From NCBI RefSeq assembly GCF_009914755.1, contig NC_060928.1: a DNA stretch of 64,000 nt. One strand, written 5' to 3'. A program made the translations under genes and the position numbers. Position 1 is the stretch's first letter. The number at the start of each line of letters is the position of its first letter. The stretch comes from the human T2T-CHM13v2.0 reference genome, Homo sapiens. Below are positions 56,503 to 64,000 of the stretch, one piece after another. Under the pieces are notes generated by a model. That model saw only the letters and a program-made list of their open reading frames with translations, made no database searches and was not told where the DNA came from.

Positions 56503-56613
56503 CACAGTCCCATTCATCTGAACTGTCTGAGCAGTCGGCTTCACCATCACACCACAGGTCACGTGACACACACGCATGGTTTGCACATTCCAGCTCATCA
56601 TCTTGGCAAAATG
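56503..56613 (-). CDS. CORIN: CORIN exon 15 (LDL-receptor class A repeat 8)
   Basis: ccag|CA TTT TGC ... TGT G|gtgag; FCQDDELECANHACVSRDLWCDGEADCSDSSDEWDC; 111 nt. Confidence 0.97.
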
Positions 56614-58437
56614 CTGGCATGGGGAACAAAAAGTGAGAAGGAAAACATTTTAGAAATAAATGTGATTATCACTAACATGCATATCTTCATGTGCCAGCAG
56701 GAGCATGGAAAGAAGAAAATATGTGATCACTGAGGCTTCCAAACGGGCATAAAAACAGAATAACATAATTTGTAAAATATCATTTAATAGACATCAATAC
56801 ATACAAAGAGCATTTAAACAGAATTACTATGTTCAAGTGACTCAATGTTCTGGTTCTAACAATCAGACTGAATAAACAGTACTCACAGCTGCAGAAATAC
56901 CAAAGATCAGAGAACGGGGTTAAAATCTGCATGAGCAGAGCATGAGGGATGAACAGACTGAAGCCGCCTTAGATAGAAAACAATCTCTGTCCACAGAGAT
57001 GCATAATAAGTTTTTTTTTCCATCTCTATTATTAAATGACTCTCTGAGTCATACATAGTTCTCTTTTGGGTTTTAAAAATTATAGTAAATCTCCTTGATT
57101 GCCTACTTAACAACCATTTCCTTTCTCCCTCCTTTCTTTAAGGGAGCCCGATTTTGTTCAGGCCCCTACACCAGCCATCCCCACTTCCAAAGGAAGATCC
57201 TGATTAGTTTAAGCTGGGCATGGCATTTTTCTGTCTACAGTTTTTTTGTTTGTTTGTTTCTGAATACAATTAGTAGTCCAGGAGTAAACATGTGCTCCGA
57301 TATCAGGGCCTTGACCTACGGTTGTGTGATTGTGCTTCACAGGACAGCTCCTGCCCAAACTCTGCTGCTGTGCCATGTGCCCTAGCCTGGGACAGGAACA
57401 ACCTGGAGAAAACAGCACCTTTTTTTTGATTGGTTCTCCCTGCGTGGTGCTTCTTTTTGCAGTTCAGCTGTTTGTAGGAAGTGTCTTTTCTAACTACACA
57501 AAGACTCCTGACGGCTAGCTGTGACTCCGCCCAAAGTTGACCTGAGCGAATCCCTTAATGATATCTTGGAGATATGAACACAGTTCTTCCTCCTTCCAGC
57601 TGGACATGATCAAGGAAGCATGGTGCCCCAGATGCCCTTGGTAATGTCATATTTTCACCATTGTGGGAGCCAGCCTGAGTTGAAGCTGAACTGAAAAAAT
57701 CACAGACAAAGTGCTAAACTGCTGCATACAGCCTCAAGAGTCCACCTACTTGACTCTATATGATAATATAAAACATGTGATATGTATATGATAATAAAAG
57801 ATAAATGTCTTCATTATTTGTCATTTTGATTTGGGCTTTTCTGTTATTTGTAGGTAAAACATCTTAAGAGACATAATTATTTTCTGGCTCTAAAAGCAAT
57901 GGCCATTCACTTAGAAAATGTAGAAAAGATAGAAAAGCACAAAAATTTAATAATTATACCACCCAAAGACTATAACTGTAAACTTTTAAATATGACTTTC
58001 TGATCTTTTTCTATGTGTAGATATATGTACTTTCAAAACTCAGGACAATAGTGCACATAATACTGAATATTCTGTTTTACTCAACTAATGACATATAATG
58101 AATCCAAGAGAAATTTTTCTTCTCTAATTTAATTTTAATATTTGTATATTATTTTCTTTTATGATTGTAGTTTATGTTCCCTATTATTGGATATTTGGAG
58201 GTATTTTGATTTTCTCATATTATAAATAATGCCAGAAGAATATTATAGTGTATATATTTTACACATATTTAGTTGGCTTCTTAGAATATGTCTTTACAAG
58301 TGGAGTTTGATCAAAAGATGTGAAAATACTAAAAGATTTGTATGCATATTTACACACTTTTAGCTTGTATTCAAAATGAGACTTAACTGGTGTTTAAAAT
58401 AAAAATGCTCTGTTGACAAATTCGCATAAGCACTTAC

Positions 58438-58551
58438 AGCAGTTTTTCTCGTCCATGTAATCAGGGCAGTCTGGGAACCCATCGCAGATCACTGTGTGCT
58501 TCAAACATTGTTTATTGGATGGACATTCCCAAAGATCTCTCTCTTTACAAC
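58438..58551 (-). CDS. CORIN: CORIN exon 14 (LDL-receptor class A repeat 7)
   Basis: tctag|GT TGT AAA ... TGC T|gtaag; CKERDLWECPSNKQCLKHTVICDGFPDCPDYMDEKNC; 114 nt. Confidence 0.96.
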
Positions 58552-58650
58552 CTAGAGACAGAAGAAAAGGTTATTTGCAATAGACGTGGAATTGAAAATA
58601 ATGATAAATTCAATCAATGTAGAAAAATTACGCTATAAAGGCATGATGTT

Positions 58651-58821
58651 GGCAGGGCGCAGTGGCTCATGCCTGTAATCCCAGCACTTTGGGAGGCTGA
58701 GGTGGGCGGATCACAAGGAATCACTTGAACCCGGGAGGCGGAGGTTGCAGTGAGCCAAGATCACACCACTGCACTATAGTCTGGGCAACAGAGCGAGACT
58801 TTGTCTCAAAAAAAAAAAAAA
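58651..58821 (+). mobile_element. Internally deleted (monomer-length) Alu with TSD
   Basis: Left-arm 5' part joined to right-arm 3' part at ggatcacaag|gaatcacttg; TSD aaaggcatgatgt / aaaggcataatgt. Confidence 0.88.
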
Positions 58822-58964
58822 GGCATAATGTCTTTTTTCTTAAAAAGTTTTGACCTCTGCATACCATGAATAATATAATTTTGAAAGTAGAAATAACCAA
58901 TAATATTCATATTGTGATATAAATTGTACAGCTCTCCTAACAGAAGATCAAAGGTGACATATGG

Positions 58965-59426
<462 letters not shown>

Positions 59427-60899
59427 GTGACATAGGGGACATGGAGAAAAAAATTTAAAAGCATACATTAACATTCATCTTTAACTGTTCCCTTTTCTTT
59501 CTGAGTGAAATTGCTGTCAATGCATAAGACTTATCTATAAAATAATGTTATGCTTTTAAGCAAATATGCCAAAGTCTAGTGATCTAAATGCATATCACCT
59601 TAAAATGTAATTTCATTCTACAAATCAGGAGGCCATCTGTTTTTTTAGCAAAAGAGGCTCCTTCTATGCCAAACAAAACTAGTTTAAGAGCCAGGTGCAA
59701 AAGCTATTACTTTATGGTAGTCAGAGATCTAAAGTTGGAAACTTCATCAATTAATAAGAGAAATGAATATAATTTGTACAACATTAATGTAATAACTTGA
59801 ACTGTAATTTGCCTATGAAATAGCAAGCACTTGTGATGTATTTAATAAATGCCATTGATGATTCATGTGCAGTGCATTTCATATGCCTGCTAAAGTTTGA
59901 CAAGAGTCTAATATGTTTATGTCATTCCGGTCAGATCCCTGGCCCCGGCCAGGCCGTGAAGTACATGAAGGAAGAGACTACATGGCAAAAAAAATTTGAG
60001 TACCTTCCACCCCCTTGGCTGGAACAATGGCTAGCATGTAGCAGGCCCTCAACATGTGTGTGTTTTAAGTAGAACTTCATTTCATGTAAGGAACAAAATG
60101 TCTCTGGCTCTCAGGAAAATATAATTTATTTTAAGGTCAGTGAAATGCAAAGCAGTGATCAAATAAGAAGTTTCTTAAACAATGTTATTGTTCATCTAAC
60201 CTACTACAAATAAGTCGAATAAATTATGTAGATGATTGACTCAGGTTTCTTGGAATCCATTATGAGAAAAAAAATTGGTTTTCAAACTTTTCATTAAAAA
60301 CAATTATAAAAATAAGTGACCCAAAATGCTTACTATAAGCTAAAATTAGATTTAGTGTGTTTCATCATCCAAAGATATAGGAAATAAATAGTGAGAGTCT
60401 TTCACTGGCTGATAATCCGGGGGGGTCTTAGGCCCAGGGACATCCATTCCAAGAACTCACAGGGACATTATTTAGAGTTTTCAGCTAGTAGAGGATCCAG
60501 ACAGCATCTGAAAAGTTCTGACAATAAGAGTCTCTTGAGATTTGAGAAAGAGCCTGAAGTCTGTCCTCTGTGACCCAGCTCCCGCCAAATGGTACAGTCT
60601 GCTCATTCTACCAGAGAGCAAAAGACAACAAGAAAGAGGACTCAACACTCCATGCATGGTGCTGACCCTTCTCCAGGGCTGCTCCTCTGCTCACAAAACA
60701 TACCACTTGCTAATAGAGAATGAAATAAAATAGCATGAGTTTTTCCTGACGATTCCCAAGGCCCATTCTTCTTAAGACTACAAGGAAGAACTTCGACATT
60801 TGGAATGAGATGATGAAATACCACAGAAATAGATCATCTGGGACAGAAGGCCGCCTAAAGTGCATCCTCACAAATAATAATAATAATAATGATGATAAT

Positions 60900-61330
60900 G
60901 AGATAACATGTATTATCCACTATGTATCCACATTCCAGATATTAGCTTTAATTCTTAAAATAACACTATAATGTCAGTATTATGCTCACCATTTTATAAG
61001 TGAGGAAACTAACATTTAGAGAAATTGAATCCCTCCACATCACAGCTCTACGGAGAAAGATCTGGATGGGATCCAGGTACAAGTCATCAGTTGCAGTCCT
61101 TTGTAAGATGCGAACATGAAGTATGCGTAAGGGGTAGGAGCAGTGGAAGCACAGCTTTAGAGTCAGACAACTGGATTTGAATCCTAGTTCCAAATCTCAC
61201 TAGCTGTGTGAGCTTGGGTAAGTTACTTAACTTCTCCAAACTTTGGTTTCCATACATCTTAAATACAAATAATAATGCCTGCTTCATAGGGTTGCTATAA
61301 ACATTAAAGGAATACTCCATAAGCATTCAC
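60900..61330. mobile_element. Two MIRs in opposite orientation
   Basis: ccattttataagtgaggaaact (-); ttgaatcctagttcc...gcttgggtaagttacttaacttctc (+). Confidence 0.7.
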
Positions 61331-61702
61331 TTTTCACCTCTCCATGTCTTCTCTTTTCTCATAAAAGTTTGCATAGCATAATACCTCCTTTGTGGAGTTA
61401 CAGTGAGCACAAAAGAAGTAGGATAAAAAGAGAGAGATATTAGTTACATGGGAGATAGTATTATTTTGAGAAGAAACCACTTTCTTTGTAAAGTGACATT
61501 TTGGTGCAATTATGTTTTAAATGTATATTCTAAAAGGAAAAGGATATGATTCCATCAAAAATTAAAAACAGGCATGGATGGGATGGGCTGTTTAATGCAC
61601 CTGTAGGTTATGAAACCAAATAATTGTTGATGTCAGAATAATAACCTCTCCAGCACAGAGACAATAGCAACAACCAATAATTGAGGATACAGTGTTCCAA
61701 AA

Positions 61703-61816
61703 AAGTGACCAACTCACCCCAGTTTGCCAGGGATTTAATTGATTTGAGCACAAAGTGTCCCTTGTTCCAAAAGATCCCCATCAGTCCCAGGCAGATCTGG
61801 TTGACTGGTCACACTA
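61703..61816. mobile_element. MER81-like hAT-Blackjack MITE
   Basis: Terminal inverted repeats gtgacca...tggtcacacta, about 114 bp. Confidence 0.65.
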
Positions 61817-64000
61817 AGTGTGCTAAGCATTCATCTGGGTTTTTTGCTTACTCTATCTCTCATTTTCACAAAAACTCTGTGAAACAGGCTGCCCTGACAG
61901 AGGCAGTACCCCCCCACCCCCAAATGGAATACCTTGTTTCTCTATAAAAACAGTTGTCATTACAAATAAAGTCAGCAAATCACCTCAAAGCAGATGCTTT
62001 TTGTTCTGTAAGAATCTCTTAGCTATGCAGCTATAGAGTAAGTAGGTCCACTCATCCTCTTGAGTTGAGCTGCATGAAATTTTTAAATTCTCACCCTTTG
62101 GAGTGGAGCCGCTCACAAGGAGGAAGGAGACAAGGTAATACTGCATTATTGAGCTGACAAAGGCTGGAACAGTCTGGATCCAGCCATCCTGGACCAGTGT
62201 CTGCCCCAGGAAGTGGCTGTGGATGTGACCTATAAGGAGCTGTAGCAGCCAGAGTACAGGCCTAACAGGTGTGAAGAGCCTTCTACAGCATGCAGGATCC
62301 TGGACAACAAAGCCCCTTCCCTCAAAGCATGGCTGCAAAGGGCTCTGCCTCTGCACCTGCTATAGCAGCTGGAACAGAGGACCTGCTTCCCACTGTGGTC
62401 TAGGCCTGATTATCAGGGCAGCCATACCAGCACAGGCCATCCAGCCACCATCCAGCTGGAAAGTCGCAGCAGCCTACCCAATTCCTGAGTCACTTCCCAC
62501 TCTTAGCAGTGCCATTGTTATGGCATGCTCTTCACATATGGGTGGCCCAGTCTCCCGTGAAAGAGGCAGGATGAAGGAATGGATGGGACTTTAAACTGCA
62601 TGGCTCTAATCCTAAAAAGAGAGAACATCCAACCCAAAACCAACACTATCTCCAGGAAAAGACACCATCCATCTACCTGAGTTTACTATGTGAGCCAGAG
62701 ACCTCCCCCAGCCCATGCTTTAGCCTGACAGACCAGCCCACTCTCTTTTGCCATAAACAGCTGTCAGAAACAAGACTATGCTAGACAGGACTCCTTCCCT
62801 CAAGGGAGATGGCTGGGGCAGCCTTTGAAAGGAATCGCCTCCTGATTTTCCACCACCACAGCAGGTGAGTTCCCAGTTATTAGCTTCTGAGGATGAACAG
62901 GGCATGTTATAAGCATTCCAAGCTGTGAGAGATAATGCGGGTGTTCTCTGCATCTTACCCAGAGAAGTAAACTGACTGGCCAAACGTCACACAGCCTCTA
63001 AGGCTAAGTAAGGATGTAAATTCAAGTCTAAGTCTACGCAGGACACTCTGCCATTCCAGCCTGCCTTCCCAAGACACCACAGAAGACGATGAAACAGTTA
63101 ACCAAGTATTTAAAGGGAAGGAGAAAATTTCCCCCTTAACATGGAAAATTAAACCCTACTGAGTGATGAGAAATCAATCCTGAAAATTCCTCCTGAAAGC
63201 ACATTTGTGGATATGCCAAAGCTATGGACATAATGACTCTCACTCTTCTGCTAGCTACAGAGCAAAGAGTGGTCTCCTCCCCAGACAAAGAGACACAAAA
63301 GCATAGAGACTGGTAGTATTTGGAGTGTTAAGAAAGCCAGTTAAGCCCTTCTGTGAGATAACTCATAGAAATGCTATCCAAGAATCCAAAAAGAAAACAT
63401 GCCTTTTGGAAACTCTTTGAAATCAAGCTGTAAAACCTGTAAATATCAGAGTCAGATCTTCTAATACAACCTAAGGGGATTCTGACTTGAAGAAATGGCT
63501 CAGGTTATATTTAAAGGTTTTATTTTATTTAAGATCAAGAGGAGACCAAAGATAGGTGAAGAACTGATTTTTGGTCATCTGAAGATAAACAGAAAGTCAC
63601 TTAATGACACTCAGACATTTGCATTGCTGTCAATCTTTTCTCCATATGATGTATACCATTTTACTTAGAATAGTGATCAATTAGTAATTTTGATTCTGTG
63701 TTCATGTAATAAAGGATTTTATTTTGACAGTCGATATAAAGCACCTGTTGTAGCTATATTTTCATGTGACTGCTCCACTGGGAGTTGCTGCTTGCTTGCA
63801 TCACAGCCCAGGTACCACCTGCTCTTGTAGCTGACCCAAATCGTGGAGGTAAAGCCTAGCAAGAGATAACCTCAGCCTCACACACTCAAATCTATAGAGT
63901 GATAGAACAGCTGAAACATACAATCCCTTTGTTGTTTTCCTTAGCTCTCCTTTCTTTGATGTCATTCTTGATCATTTATTTTCCCATGTCTTTCCCTCAT

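Noticed and set aside
58511-58516. AATAAA inside CORIN exon 14 (also at the exon 20 end) as a premature polyA site
   Set aside because: Explained by Asn-Lys codons; a nearby strong 5' splice site normally suppresses use.
61985-62983. GC-richer ORF cluster as a missed exon or gene
   Set aside because: No similarity to corin LDLRa/frizzled modules and no consistent splice-flanked frame; likely degraded repeat or unique intron.

Overview
Primate (very likely human, chr4p12) genomic DNA containing the convergent 3' ends of two genes. On + are the last two coding exons and 3'UTR of the P4-ATPase lipid flippase ATP10D (358-545, 4382-4721). On - are the last nine exons of CORIN, the pro-ANP-converting type II transmembrane serine protease: LDLRa7, LDLRa8, SRCR, the activation site KR|ILGG and the complete His/Asp/Ser trypsin domain. 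CORIN exons are numbered 14-22 assuming the known 22-exon structure. All splice sites are GT-AG and the phases join in frame. The rest is intron packed with Alu, L1, L2, MIR, MaLR/ERVL LTRs (a full THE1 element and a solo THE1 LTR) and hAT DNA transposons. Most ORFs in the supplied track are repeat-derived noise. There are no prokaryote-type systems (CRISPR etc.) and I see no new gene. The best unexplained signal is a ~90%-identical duplicate of CORIN exon 18, with intact AG/GT sites, sitting downstream of exon 19; it is a candidate poison exon. Also notable are a THE1 LTR whose target-site duplication overlaps the exon-20 splice donor, and several templated or complex Alu rearrangements. Repeat subfamily names come from recalled consensus motifs and boundaries are approximate unless TSDs are given.
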